Shown: positions 34,718 to 45,656, counted from the first letter of the stretch. The stretch is DNA of 64,000 nt from an uncultured Planctomycetaceae bacterium (GCA_963813715.1 CAWFAK010000017.1:960001-1024000), one strand, 5' to 3'. Notes: generated by a model not told the origin, from the sequence alone. Numbers and translations are program-made.

Positions 34718-36064
34718 TTAGGTTTCGTTCGCGAGGTTGGACTGCGGAGCGGCCCGGTTCGGGGAGCGATCCATTCTCAGTGTGACTTCGCGCAAGGAAT
34801 CGTAAATCGGCGCGTTGTTCAGCAACGTTGGCACCAGCATCGCGGCAAAGCAGGCAGCCAGCATCGGAAGAAGGAGAGTGAAGTTTGCCGTCATCTCGGT
34901 GACAAGGACAATGCCCGTCACGGGCGGCCCGTACGGCTCCGGTGAAGAACGCGGCCATTCCCACGACCGCAAGGGCCTTGGGGTCGGGGACGGCGTCCGG
35001 CACCCAGTGTTGGCACAACAGACCAAACAGCAGGCCGCTCTGCGCCGAGCACCAGGAGCGGCGCGAACAGACCGCCCGGCGTTCCGGCCGAGTAGGAAAT
35101 TGCACCCAGAGCGAGTCGCAGTACGAACACCGCGAAGAGCCAGCGCCACGACTCGCTCGCGGCCAGCGTCCGCTCGGTGATCGCGTCGCCGCCGCCGACA
35201 AGATTCGGATGAAACCACGCCAGCAATCCCACCAAGCCGCCGATGATTGCCGGCGCAGCTCGACGGGCAAATGGCGCAGTCTCGCAGTCGCGGAGAGGGC
35301 GCCAGTGTTGTTCTGTTGTAGAGGACGCCCAGCAGCCCGGCGACGACTCCCAACGACAGGTAGAGTGGCACCGTAGCAAAGCCAGGATAAGGCTGCAGTT
35401 CGACGGCAAAATCCGGCCGGTCTCCGAGCATAAGTCGGCTGACTGCAATCGCGCCGGTCGACGCACCGAAGGTGGCGATCGCGATCCGCGTATCGAACCG
35501 TCGGACCAATTCTTCCAGGACGAAGATTGCTCCGGCGATCGGCGCATTGAAAGCCGTCGCGAGACCGGCTCCGGCCCCAGCAGCGAGCAGGACCAAGCGA
35601 TCGGATGAATCCCGACGAAAGATCGTCCCCAGGAAGTGAGCTGCGCTTGCCCCCATCTGCACGCTCGGTCCTTCGCGGCCCAAGGCCAGCCCCGAACCGA
35701 TCGCCAAAATTCCGCCGATGAACTTGACCGGGATGAGCCAAACGGTGGTCTGCGGCAGTTGTTTGAGAATCACGGCTTCGACGTGCGGAATTCCGCTGCC
35801 GGACGCGTATGGCGCAAAGCGACGCACCAGCCACGCGGCCAGCGCCACCGCCGCGGCGCAGCCCGCGATCACCAAGACTAAACCGACCAAATGGAACGGT
35901 TGTGCGCGGGTGATCGCAGTTGCTCGCAGCCCGTCGGCCCAACCCAGGGCCAACCGGAACCACGCACCGATCAGGCCCGCCGCCGCACCGGAGACAAAAG
36001 ACAAAACGGCCAGCATCGCCAGGCTGTCTGGCTGCTTTCCGAGCTGCTCCGGTTCGTTTGTCAT
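34718..36064 (-). CDS. clcA: ClC family H+/Cl- exchange transporter (several frameshifts in the 3' third)
   Basis: GSGIP, GREGP, AFNAP..G..FVLEE, GTPGGLFAP, PVTGIVLVTEMT and APIY. Confidence 0.92.
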   Translation of the reverse strand: MTNEPEQLGKQPDSLAMLAVLSFVSGAAAGLIGAWFRLALGWADGLRATAITRAQPFHLVGLVLVIAGCAAAVALAAWLVRRFAPYASGSGIPHVEAVILKQLPQTTVWLIPVKFIGGILAIGSGLALGREGPSVQMGASAAHFLGTIFRRDSSDRLVLLAAGAGAGLATAFNAPIAGAIFVLEELVRRFDTRIAIATFGASTGAIAVSRLMLGDRPDFAVELQPYPGFATVPLYLSLGVVAGLLGVLYNRTTLAPSPRLRDCAICPSSCAGNHRRLGGIAGVVSSESCRRRRRDHRADAGRERVVALALRGVRTATRSGCNFLLGRNAGRSVRAAPGARRRAACCLVCCANTGCRTPSPTPRPLRSWEWPRSSPEPYGPPVTGIVLVTEMTANFTLLLPMLAACFAAMLVPTLLNNAPIYDSLREVTLRMDRSPNRAAPQSNLANET

Positions 36065-36253
36065 CAGAGTTCCTAAAATACGATCGCAGCTCGCGATGAC
36101 AGGCTAAGTCTCGATCGCGACAATGCCCGTGTTACGAAGCTCACAGATTCTGGCCGCAACGATCGCGCGCCGCTAGCTCCCGCCGACGCCGCCTCGAGAC
36201 TAAAGTACGGGAAGGGCTGTTTTTGCTTCCGCGTTCCAAATCCGGAAAACAGT

Positions 36254-37273
36254 TTGTCCACCGAGTATGACGCCATCCTGATCGTCGGCTTTGGAGGGCC
36301 GGAGCGCCGCGAAGACGTGATTCCGTTTCTGGAAAACGTCACGCGCGGTCGCAACATCCCGCGCGAGCGGCTCTTGGCCGTGGCGGAGCACTATTATTAT
36401 TTCGGCGGCAAGAGTCCGCTGAACGATCAGGTTCGCGACTTGATCGGCGCCCTCCGCCCCGCGCTGGCCGAGCGCGGCATCCAGCTCCCCATCGCCTGGG
36501 GCAATCGCAATTGGCATCCGTTGCTGGCGGACGCCGTGCAAGAATTGACGAATGGCGGCGCGCGGCGAGTGCTGGCCCTGGTGTTGGCGGCCTACAGCTC
36601 CTATTCGAGTTGCCACCAGTATCGAGAAGACATTGAGCGGGCTCGGGGCGCCGTCGGATCGAATGCGCCGGTTGTGGAGAAGATTCGCGTCTTTTTCAAC
36701 CACCCGGGGTTCGTCGCAGCGAATTCCGATCGACTCCGTGCCGCACTGGAGGCGATTCCCGTCGAGCGACGTCCCCGGTCGCACATTGCCTTTACGGCCC
36801 ACAGCATTCCGCAGTCGATGGCGCAAACTTCGCGCTACGCCGAGCAATTAAACGAAACTTGCCGCCTCGTCTGCGAACTCCTGGGCATTGCGTCGGAGCG
36901 TTGGGCGCTGGTCTATCAAAGCCGCAGCGGACGGCCCGCTGATCCGTGGCTCGAACCGGATATCTGTGACCACCTGGCTGCTTTGGCGGCAGAGGGAGTT
37001 GCCGACGTCGCAGTCCTGCCGATTGGATTTCTCTCCGATCATCTGGAGGTCTTGTACGACATCGACGTCGAGGCAGAGGATAAGAGTCGCGAGCTGGGCC
37101 TGAATCTCGTCCGCGCAGCGACGGTCGGGACGCACCCGCTTTTTGTGGCGGCGCTCGCCGACCTGGTCGAGGAACGGGTGCGATCGTTGCCCGAGCGGCC
37201 CGCGGTCGGCAGGCTCGATGCCTGTCCCGATCAGTGTCCTGTCGATTGTTGCCCGGCTCCAAGACGCGGCTGA
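36254..37273 (+). CDS. hemH: Ferrochelatase with Cys-rich C-terminus
   Basis: GFGGPE, GGKSPL, FTAHSIP, YQSRSG...PWLEP, GFLSDHLEVLYDID; tail CPDQCPVDCCP. Confidence 0.95.
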   Translation: MSTEYDAILIVGFGGPERREDVIPFLENVTRGRNIPRERLLAVAEHYYYFGGKSPLNDQVRDLIGALRPALAERGIQLPIAWGNRNWHPLLADAVQELTNGGARRVLALVLAAYSSYSSCHQYREDIERARGAVGSNAPVVEKIRVFFNHPGFVAANSDRLRAALEAIPVERRPRSHIAFTAHSIPQSMAQTSRYAEQLNETCRLVCELLGIASERWALVYQSRSGRPADPWLEPDICDHLAALAAEGVADVAVLPIGFLSDHLEVLYDIDVEAEDKSRELGLNLVRAATVGTHPLFVAALADLVEERVRSLPERPAVGRLDACPDQCPVDCCPAPRRG

Positions 37274-37377
37274 TCGCCCCACGGAGCAATACGCGATTCC
37301 CAGCCGCGAATTGCCGCGGTATTCTAGCTTGATTGGAGGTTCTCGATTGCGTTTCGGAATTGGGACGGAGATGCGCG

Positions 37378-39268
37378 ATGAAAGATCGTAGTGCGCAGTT
37401 CGCTAGCGGATGCACATGGTTGGCGGCCGGTGTGGCGTTACTTCTGGGCGTGAGGGCGACGGCGGTCGTCGCTCCCCCCCAACCGCCGGCGACTCAATCC
37501 GAGACGACTCGCGCGGTGTCGCGGCGCTTTGCGGCGAAGCCGATCACTGAACCGCTCACGTATAAGCAGCAAAAGGATGCAGTCTTCGGCGAGGCCGACG
37601 GAGTCGGGCTGCCGATGGACATTTTCCAGCCGATCGGCAAACGCAACGGCCTGGCGTTGATCGACGTCGTTTCCGGCGCGTGGTTCACCGATCGGGGAAA
37701 GATCCGGGATCACGAGCAGGCGCAGTTCTTCCAAACGTTCTGTGGTCGCGGCTATACGGTCTTTGCAATTCGCCCGGGCTCCCGGTCACGGTTTAGCGCC
37801 CCGGAGATGGTGCAAAACCTTCGCAAGGGCATCCATTGGGTTCGCGATCACGCGATCGAATACGGCATCGATCCTGACCACATGGCCATCTGCGGCGCTT
37901 CCGCGGGCGGACACCTCGCCTGCCTGGCGATGGTGACGCCCGATGTCGCGAAGGATGGCAAGGTGATTCAGCCGTTTTCTGCCGCGCTGATCTTTTTCCC
38001 GCCGACCGACTTCCTGGAGTGGGGCGGTTACTCGATCGATTACTCGAAGGACAACGAGTGGGGCCACTTGGTGCAGAGCCTGGCGCTCTCTCGCGAAGAG
38101 CGACTTAAACAACCCCTGTCTAAGAAAGATCTGGCCGAACGGGTGCGACGGATTTCGCCGGCCCGGCTGGTCAACGGCAAGCTACCTCCCTTTCTGATCA
38201 TCCATGGCGACACCGATCCACTCGTGCCGATGCAGCAATCGCAGGTTTTCGTCAAAGCGCTGCAGGCGGCCGGAACCGACGTGCAGCTGATCGTGAAGCC
38301 TGGCGGCGGACATCCCTGGCCCACCATTCATGAAGAAGTGGCCGTGATGGCGGACTGGCTCGACAAGCGGCTCACTGCCAAGTCGGTGCCGGACCTCAAA
38401 CCCGCGCCGCCAGTCGCTAAGCGCACACGGCTCTACAATCAGCAGGAGGACGTGGTCTACGGAGAGGACGACGGTTCCGTGCTGGTAATGGACGTCTTCA
38501 CGCCAACGGGGCCGAAGAACGGCTTGGGCATCGTCGATGTGGCATCGGGTTCGTGGCGTTCCGACCGCAGCAAGATTCGCGATCACAAGCTCGCCCAGGT
38601 CTACGACATCTTTTGCGGTCGCGGATATACCGTTTTCGCCGTGCGGCCTGGCTCCATCACCTCATGGACAATTCCGGAAATGGTGCGGCACTTGCGGACC
38701 GGAACGCGCTACATTCGCGCGGCACGCGGCCCAATATGGAATCGACGCCGACAACTTGGGAATTACCGGTGGCTCGGCGGGCGCCCATTTGGCCGCACTG
38801 ATGATCGTTTCAACGCCGCGGGACGCCGCCGGCAACGTGCCGCAGCCCTTCAAGGCGGTCGGGATTTTCTTCCCGCCCACTGATTTCCTGCACTATCACG
38901 GCAACACGGCCGACTTTGGGAAGGACGAACGCTCGGCGCGGCAAATCCGCGAGATGGTCGGCTCCGACAGCGAGGGAATCCCGCAAAAAATTGATTCGGC
39001 CAAGCTTACCGAGTTGGCGCGACAGATTTCACCGGCCTTGTTGGTCGTCCGCAAGCAGCCGCCGTTTCTGATCATTCACGGCGACGCGGATCCGCTCGTG
39101 CCTCTCCACCAGTCCGAGATCCTGATCGAAGCACTCAAAAAGGCCGGCGGGCAAGCCGAGTTAATCGTCAAACCGGGCGGCGGCCATCCCTGGCTCACAA
39201 TTCACGAAGAAGTGAAGGTGATGGCCGATTGGTTTGACAAAGAGCTGAAGGGATCTCGCGCGCACTAA
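37378..39268 (+). CDS. Secreted protein with two tandem alpha/beta hydrolase (BD-FAE/esterase-like) domains (frameshift ~38725)
   Basis: Two copies of G.SAG, FFPPTDF, HGD.DPLVP and KPGGGHPW. Confidence 0.85.
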
Positions 39269-39325
39269 ACCGCACGATACCCCGCCGTAAGCGCTTCGGC
39301 AGCCAAGCGCCGCGGCCGCTGTGCG

Positions 39326-40744
39326 TCAGTTGCCGAAACAGAACAGCGACTTGCTCGTCCGGACGTAAAGCCGACCGTCAGCAATTGCCGGCGTGGCGAC
39401 GCAGGGTTCGCCGAGCTCAATCGTCTTCACCTGTTGCCAATCGCGTCCGGCTATGACGACACTCAGCCAGCCGTCAGCGTCAACAAGATAGATCAGCCCG
39501 TCTGCCGCCACCGGCGAGGCATCGACCTGGTGTCCGCCCGGTTTCAGCCGCGCCTGCTTGACCAGTTTTCCGGTCTCCGCCTCGAACGCAGACAGAATTC
39601 CGCCGTCCTTCACCACGTAGACCAAATCGTCGTAAACGAGAGCCGACGGGATGGTCGGCATGCCTTTGCGATACGACCAGCGGACGTGTGTTTGAGTGGC
39701 ATCTCCGGATCCGCCAAGATCGAGCGCGACGAGTCCCCCCTTGTTGACCATTCCGCCGAAGGCCTTGTCCCATTCGGCCGCCCCAATCGCGCCCGAGTGA
39801 TTGCCCCAGCCCGAATCGATCCGTTCGACGAGCCGCTTCATCGGGACGTTCGACTTCACTTCGTCCAGGGAGATTTTTCCGTCCTTGTTTTTGTCGAACG
39901 ACGCCATGAGAGAGAATGGGACGGCTTCGCCGACGTCCTCGCAAACGAAAACGCGGTCGTGCCAGATCACGGGCACCGAGATCGGCGAGTTGGTGACGCC
40001 ATTGATCCACCACAGTCTTTTGCCGGTCAGCGGATCGTAGGCGACGACTTCGAGCGGCCCCGAAACAATGAGCTGCGGCGGTCCGTTCTTCGGGTGATAA
40101 ACAGACGGCGTCGAGTAGCCCCCTGTGAGCCCGTCAGCACGCTCGGACTTCCACGCAATCTGGCCGTTCTCGATTTTGAGGGCCGCAATGTACGAGCCGG
40201 CCAATTGATCGGCCAGCACGATCACCAGGTTGTCGATCGTCATCAAGGAGCTGGCGATGCCGTGCATGCTGTGGAACGGCTGCATGTCGATTCGCCACCG
40301 TTCGACCCCCGCGGCGGTGTAGCAGATCACACCGACGTCGGGATACAGAACGAACACGAAGTCGCCATTCGTCACGGGAGTCGGCGTGGCCGGCCCATTC
40401 GGCGGGGTGGCATTCTCCTGGCGGATCCTTTTCACCGTCTGGACCCAGTGCACCTTGCCCGTCGCCGCATCGAGGCAGTGCAGCGTGCGCTGATCGCCGT
40501 CGAACGACGAAAAGTAGAGTTGTCCGCCGGCCACGATCGGCGACGACGAGCCGTGTGAAGAGGCGACTTTCCAGCGGACGTCTTTCCCCGAGCCGAAGTC
40601 GGCCGGGAGCCCGCGCGACGTGGAGACGCCGCTGCCGTTCTTGCCGCGAAACCGGGGCCAATCCTCGCCGCCGCGAGCGCCGTTGGCCAGCACAGCCGAC
40701 ACCAGCAAGACGCCCAAATGCGCGCGGTTCGAGAGAGAGTGCAT
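39326..40744 (-). CDS. PQQ-binding-like beta-propeller protein with EF-hand insert
   Basis: DWPRFRGKNGSG, SSPIV, YSTP and ATPAIADG; DKNKDGKISLDE. Confidence 0.85.
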   Translation of the reverse strand: MHSLSNRAHLGVLLVSAVLANGARGGEDWPRFRGKNGSGVSTSRGLPADFGSGKDVRWKVASSHGSSSPIVAGGQLYFSSFDGDQRTLHCLDAATGKVHWVQTVKRIRQENATPPNGPATPTPVTNGDFVFVLYPDVGVICYTAAGVERWRIDMQPFHSMHGIASSLMTIDNLVIVLADQLAGSYIAALKIENGQIAWKSERADGLTGGYSTPSVYHPKNGPPQLIVSGPLEVVAYDPLTGKRLWWINGVTNSPISVPVIWHDRVFVCEDVGEAVPFSLMASFDKNKDGKISLDEVKSNVPMKRLVERIDSGWGNHSGAIGAAEWDKAFGGMVNKGGLVALDLGGSGDATQTHVRWSYRKGMPTIPSALVYDDLVYVVKDGGILSAFEAETGKLVKQARLKPGGHQVDASPVAADGLIYLVDADGWLSVVIAGRDWQQVKTIELGEPCVATPAIADGRLYVRTSKSLFCFGN

Positions 40745-40907
40745 TGGCGGCTTCCGCAAAAAGAGTCGGGGTTCGGGACGGATTCTGCAACGCCGCTACA
40801 TCCTTGCCAGTCTGCGGGGAAGCGTCAAGCAGCGCCCTGCACAGCTAGCGCGACGGCTCGCGGCACAGTGGAACCCAGTCACAGTCAAAACTCAGCACAG
40901 TGGAGAC

Positions 40908-41594
40908 TCAGTAATCGCGCTCTGCCGCCTCGAGCAAGATGACGCTCGTCAGCAAGGCGCCCACGAGCACCAGCAAGGGCAGACCCAGCAGCCACCAATC
41001 CGGCACGTACTGCAGGAAGAACGCGCAGGGCGCCACGGCCACCAGCGGCAGCAATCGCGAGCCGTACCAGAGGGCCGGGCGAATCCCGGTCAGGAACGCG
41101 CCCAAATAGAGAAGCGGCATCGTGAGCCAGATCTGAAACACCGGCCGGGCCATCGACCATGCAAAGGGGGCGGGGTGAGTTCCCGGAGTCGACGCCCAGG
41201 CTCCATACGCGACGAGCGGCAGCAGCGAGCAGCCCAGCAGCATGCCACCTCCGACAAGAAGCTTTGACAAGAAGATGTTGGACCGCGAAAGGGGGAGATG
41301 CAGCAGGTAGTGCGCCGTTCCCTGGCTCGGCTCCCAGGCCGACTGCCGCAATCCGAGCACGATCGCCAATCCGGCCGCCACGAACGTGTAGGGAGTCTGA
41401 AAGCTGTCGTGCAGGAACGGAAACACCGACGGGCAGGCGCACGGTTTTAATCCGGGGATCCACCCCAGAAGGTAACTCAGCAGCGGGCTCCACTTTCCGA
41501 TCTGATTGCAGACGAGGCCGGCGAAGAGCGCGACGCCAAGCGCCGCGAACGTCCACGTCTCCCGCAATTCTTTGAGAGCAATCGCCCGAAACAT
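40908..41594 (-). CDS. ABC-2-type permease-like membrane protein
   Basis: AIALKELRE, E..QGTAHYLLHLPLSR and SKLLVG; about 6 TM; last gene of the GntR-ABC operon. Confidence 0.75.
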   Translation of the reverse strand: MFRAIALKELRETWTFAALGVALFAGLVCNQIGKWSPLLSYLLGWIPGLKPCACPSVFPFLHDSFQTPYTFVAAGLAIVLGLRQSAWEPSQGTAHYLLHLPLSRSNIFLSKLLVGGGMLLGCSLLPLVAYGAWASTPGTHPAPFAWSMARPVFQIWLTMPLLYLGAFLTGIRPALWYGSRLLPLVAVAPCAFFLQYVPDWWLLGLPLLVLVGALLTSVILLEAAERDY

Positions 41595-41660
41595 TTTCTT
41601 TCCTTCCTATTGTCCCCCGCGGCAAGTCGCTCGGCCGGCCGAGTCACCGGGCGACGTTCA

Positions 41661-43139
41661 TCAGGCGAAGACCTCGGTCCCCTTCGGAATCGGTCCCGGA
41701 AAGCGTTTCAAGCACCAGGCGCAAGCTCCCGTTGCGAGCGGAGTCGATCGCCAGGCAATGAGGACACTTTTGACGCAGCGGCCAACGGCGGTGGAGCAGG
41801 TAGCCCGCAAATCCGGGAACTCCCATCAGCGCGACAAAAACCCACCAGACGAGTCGCTCATGCAGCGGCAGCGCGAAGCGCTCACAGTGTCGCCACGTCG
41901 CGGTGGCCAGCGCCAAAGAGACGAGGGCAACGCCGACCAGCGAAAGCCACGATTGCCCCAGCATCAGGCGCCAGCCGTCTAGATAACTGTTTGTCATGTC
42001 CCCGAGGACCATGAGCAGCGGTTGAAGGGCAGGAAAGACGGCCGGCACCGGGACCGCCCAGGCCAGCAGCAGCCCCTCACTCCTTTCATTCCATGCGAGA
42101 TCGCCGATCTGGGTTTCCACGTCTTGTTGCTTTTGCACCACTCCGGCGGGTGACAGCCAGTAGACCCTGTCGCGCATGATGTTTCCCTCCCAGCCGCGGC
42201 GGATCGTCATGACGATCTGTCCGTCGGAGAGGAGGTAAACGATCACGACGCGCTTCCGTTCGGATTCGTCGGAGCACGGCAGCGTCCAGATCACGCGGTG
42301 ATCGTCGGCGAGGCCGGAGATGCTCCGCTCAGTCCGCACCAGAATTGCAGGCCGCTGCGTCGGCGCGGGCGCAACCCGCTTGGCTCGTTAATCAAATTGA
42401 TTCCGACAATCGGAGAGTCGCCTTCGAAGACCGTCCGCACGGTTTGTTGGGCCAAATCGACGAGCTGCACGCGATTGCCGGAGGGAACGTAAATCAGGTG
42501 CGCGGGGATCCGCGACTTGATCTGATACCGTTCGCGCTCGACTTGCCCGCTGTCCTCGTCCAATCGAACCGAGCTCCACTGGTTCCAAATCAGGCGATCG
42601 CGCTCGACGGGAAACCACTGCTCCGTGGGGAGGGGGTTGCGGCTGAATCCCGAGTCGCCGATGAAGCCGATGCGGTCGAAGGTCGCCCAATTATATCCGA
42701 CGAAATACCCCGAGCCTTGCTCCTTGCCGTCGTGGATAAAGAACCAGTGGTTCGACGCGTGCTGATCGTCTTCGAACGCCTTGAGTCTCCATTTCCAGTC
42801 GACTCGGCCCGAGCTCAAAAAGTCGTTGATTCCTTCCTGACCTTGGGTCCCCATGAGCCCGATCGGCAGAATGAGCGTGGGCTGTTTCGGGTCGGCAAGC
42901 GGCCGACCATCGAGATCGCGGTAGCCTTCGACCGCGCGACCGCGTCGCGTTTCAATCAACGGTTGCCCATCGCTGCGGACCACGATCGATTCGCGAGCCC
43001 GCGATTCTCTGCGGAAGCACGCTTCCAAGACGATCGTGCCGAGAACTGCGACCGCGATCAGCCACAGCACTCCAAATCCGGTCGCCAGAACGGTCGCCGC
43101 CAAGAGCCGCCGCAGGAGCAAAAGCGATTCACTCTTCAT
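41661..43139 (-). CDS. Large membrane protein of the GntR-ABC operon (frameshifts ~42350 and ~41740)
   Basis: TM, large extracytoplasmic domain, 3 TM, then CPHC...CAWC...GTEVFA stop (41663-41661) across frames. Confidence 0.6.
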
Positions 43140-44097
43140 GCCTGCGCCCCTCCTCGCGACTTGCCGTGACGCCGTTTGGAGGACCGCTGTCGGCGGTCGC
43201 GAAGAGCGGCGGCCGGCTTCCCCGCGTGTACTCGATGAAGGCATCTTCGAGATTCAAATCCAAGACGTCCCAAGAAAGCGGCGAGAGCGATTCGATGATC
43301 TCCTGGTGGGCCGGCCCGAAATCGACGATCAAGAGCTCGAGCCGCCGGCCATCGACCGCCGCGTTGACCAGTCCCTCACAACCGGGGAAGGCGGGAGGCG
43401 TGCCGCCAAACTGCAGGACCACTTTGCGGACCGTCTCCTTGAAGTGGTCGGTCGGGCAATCGACGCGCAACACGCCGTCCACCAGGATGCCGATCCGGTC
43501 GGCCATCCGTTCGACGTCGGAGAGAATGTGAGAGCTGAAGAGAATCGTCCGGCCTTCGCGCTGAATCACGTGAATCAGCGAGACCAGAAACTCGCGCCGG
43601 GCCACGGTGTCGAGACCGATCGTCGGGTCGTCCAGGATCAGCAGGTCGGGATCGGGAGCGATCGCCAGCGCCAAGGCGACATGCGCCCGTTGACCGTTGG
43701 AAAGCCGCCGGATCTTCTTCCCCAGCGGCAACTCGAAATGTTCGAGCACCTGGTCGAGCAGGTTTTGGTTCCAATGCTGCGGATGAAAGGCGCGGATGAA
43801 GCGAATGGCCTGACCGACCGTCATCCAGCCGAAGAGGGGATGCCCCTCGGCGAGGTAGGCAATTCGACCGCGGACCTCGGGTGGCAGGCGGGTGACGTCG
43901 TGCCCCAGGATTTCGGCCCGCCCGTATGTCGGGTGCGCCATTCCCAACAGCATGCGAATCGTGGTCGACTTTCCGGCCCCGTTGCGTCCGAGAAGCCCGT
44001 AGACCCCGCCCGATTGGACCCGCAGGTTGAGGCCGTTCACCACGCACCGCGTTCCGTAATACTTCGTGAGCCGTTCGGTGGCGATGACGTCGGACAT
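43129..44097 (-). CDS. ABC transporter ATP-binding protein (YtrB-like)
   Basis: GRNGAGKST, LSNGQR, LLILDDPT and SSH. Confidence 0.93.
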   Translation of the reverse strand: MSDVIATERLTKYYGTRCVVNGLNLRVQSGGVYGLLGRNGAGKSTTIRMLLGMAHPTYGRAEILGHDVTRLPPEVRGRIAYLAEGHPLFGWMTVGQAIRFIRAFHPQHWNQNLLDQVLEHFELPLGKKIRRLSNGQRAHVALALAIAPDPDLLILDDPTIGLDTVARREFLVSLIHVIQREGRTILFSSHILSDVERMADRIGILVDGVLRVDCPTDHFKETVRKVVLQFGGTPPAFPGCEGLVNAAVDGRRLELLIVDFGPAHQEIIESLSPLSWDVLDLNLEDAFIEYTRGSRPPLFATADSGPPNGVTASREEGRRHEE

Positions 44098-44123
44098 TGG
44101 TGCGCCCTTATCTCTATCTCTTT

Positions 44124-44529
44124 CTACGATCGGGTCTCGAGCCGGGAAGGCTCCCATTGAAACTGTTCGGAGCGCGCCGCGACGAGCCGCTGGACTTCAG
44201 CCTCGGAGAAGCCAAGATGGACAGCTTCGGTGAGGAATTTGTCAACGAGCTCGATCAGTCTGCGGCGGCGGACTTCCTTCGCGAGTTGAGCGCGGGGCTC
44301 CGCCACAAACACGCCGCGGCCGGGCTGGTTGTTCAGGATCCCTTCGCGCTCCAGCTCCACGTAGGCGCGCGCGATCGTGTTTGGATTCACGACCAGGATG
44401 CGGGACAGTTCTCGAACCGACGGCAATTGCTCGCCGGGCTTGAGCTGACCGCGCGGCCCCTTGCCGGACTTGCTGCACGATCTGGCGATAAATCGGGAGC
44501 CGTGACGATGCCTCGAGCCGAAATTCCAT
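44124..44529 (-). CDS. GntR family (YtrA subfamily) transcriptional regulator (frameshift ~44450)
   Basis: PIYRQIVQQV followed by LPSVRELS..VNPNTIARAY.ELEREG...GRGVFV. Confidence 0.9.
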
Positions 44530-44556
44530 CGGATTTCCTTCTGGCGACTACACCGG

Positions 44557-44595
44557 CAACTGTACTAATAATACTAATACAGTTGAGCGTGTCAA
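44557..44595 (-). promoter_or_regulatory. YtrA-type operator overlapping a sigma70 promoter
   Basis: Perfect inverted repeat CAACTGTA (44557-64), 13 bp, TACAGTTG (44578-85); TTGACA (44595-90), 16 bp, TATTAT (44573-68) on the minus strand. Confidence 0.85.
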
Positions 44596-44742
44596 GCATT
44601 CCCATGCGCTCGAAGTCCATCAAGAGCAGGATGACGACCCGCCACCCGCCAGTTGGCGACCTCCGCGGGTTCGCAGGTCGATTCGCGCGTCGTGCGCTCG
44701 ATTCATGCCGCGTGCCCGCTCCGCGCGTCCGGCGGGACCGCC

Positions 44743-44771
44743 TTGTTTCGCTCGAAAACGACTCTTAGAAT
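44743..44771 (+). promoter_or_regulatory. Candidate sigma70 promoter for the MBL gene
   Basis: TTGTTT 44743-48, 17 bp, TAGAAT 44766-71. Confidence 0.4.
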
Positions 44772-44864
44772 AGCGTCGGTTCGCGAAGATCTTGGGCGTG
44801 CACTGTCGCCGGATTCCCGTCTGCAATCGATGCCCACGTGGTCCCCAACGCGGAGAAAGTGTTG

Positions 44865-45656
44865 ATGTCCGGCCGGCGTGAGTTCTTCCCCAACGTCATC
44901 GAAATGAACCACCAGGCGCGTCGCCGGCTGGGCTGCTGCGTCTATCTGGTGCACGATCAGTCGCAGTGGATCCTGATCGATATCGGCTACGAAGACACCG
45001 TTGCCGAAATCATCGACATGATCCGCCGGATGGACTTTTCGCTGGCCAGTTGCCGCTATCTGGTCGCCACGCACGCCGACGTCGATCACATTCAAGGGCT
45101 GAAGAAGGCCAAAGATCTGCTCCCCTCGGCGGAAACAGTGGGCCACCCCGAAACGCAGCGGCTGCTGCTCGAAGGGGACCGCATCATGACCTACGCCGAA
45201 ATCTCCGCCCAGCAAATCTCGATTGATCTGCCGATCATCAAACTCGATCGCACAATCGACGAGGGGGATGTGCTCAAGATCGGCGAGAAAAAGATCGAGG
45301 TTTGGCACACGCCCGGGCACACCCACGGACAGCTGTCGTTTCGCATGGACGACTTGCTCTTCTGCGGCGATAATATCTATCGCGACGGCTGCGTGGGAAA
45401 CATCGACGCGCATCACGGCTCCGACATTCCCGCATTCATCCGCTCGCTCGAACGGATTCGAGACAGCGACGTCGAGTGGCTCTTGCCGAGTCACGGGCCG
45501 ATCTTCCGCAAGGACAACGCCCTGCTGGATTCGACGATCGAGCGGTTGAATGGTTATCAGCACATGGCCGACTTCGGCACCTGCGCGGTCGATTGGCCGT
45601 TGCTAGACGAGTGGGATGAAGAACTGGCGCGCGGGGATGTTCCCTCGAAGGTCTGA
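44865..45656 (+). CDS. MBL-fold metallo-hydrolase
   Basis: LIDIG, THADVDH, HTPGHT, LFCGD and LLPSHG. Confidence 0.88.
   Translation: MSGRREFFPNVIEMNHQARRRLGCCVYLVHDQSQWILIDIGYEDTVAEIIDMIRRMDFSLASCRYLVATHADVDHIQGLKKAKDLLPSAETVGHPETQRLLLEGDRIMTYAEISAQQISIDLPIIKLDRTIDEGDVLKIGEKKIEVWHTPGHTHGQLSFRMDDLLFCGDNIYRDGCVGNIDAHHGSDIPAFIRSLERIRDSDVEWLLPSHGPIFRKDNALLDSTIERLNGYQHMADFGTCAVDWPLLDEWDEELARGDVPSKV

Noticed and set aside
36065..36253. Fluoride riboswitch / CLC-F exporter
   Set aside because: No recognisable riboswitch consensus upstream, and the protein has chloride-type GSGIP/GREGP/Y signatures.
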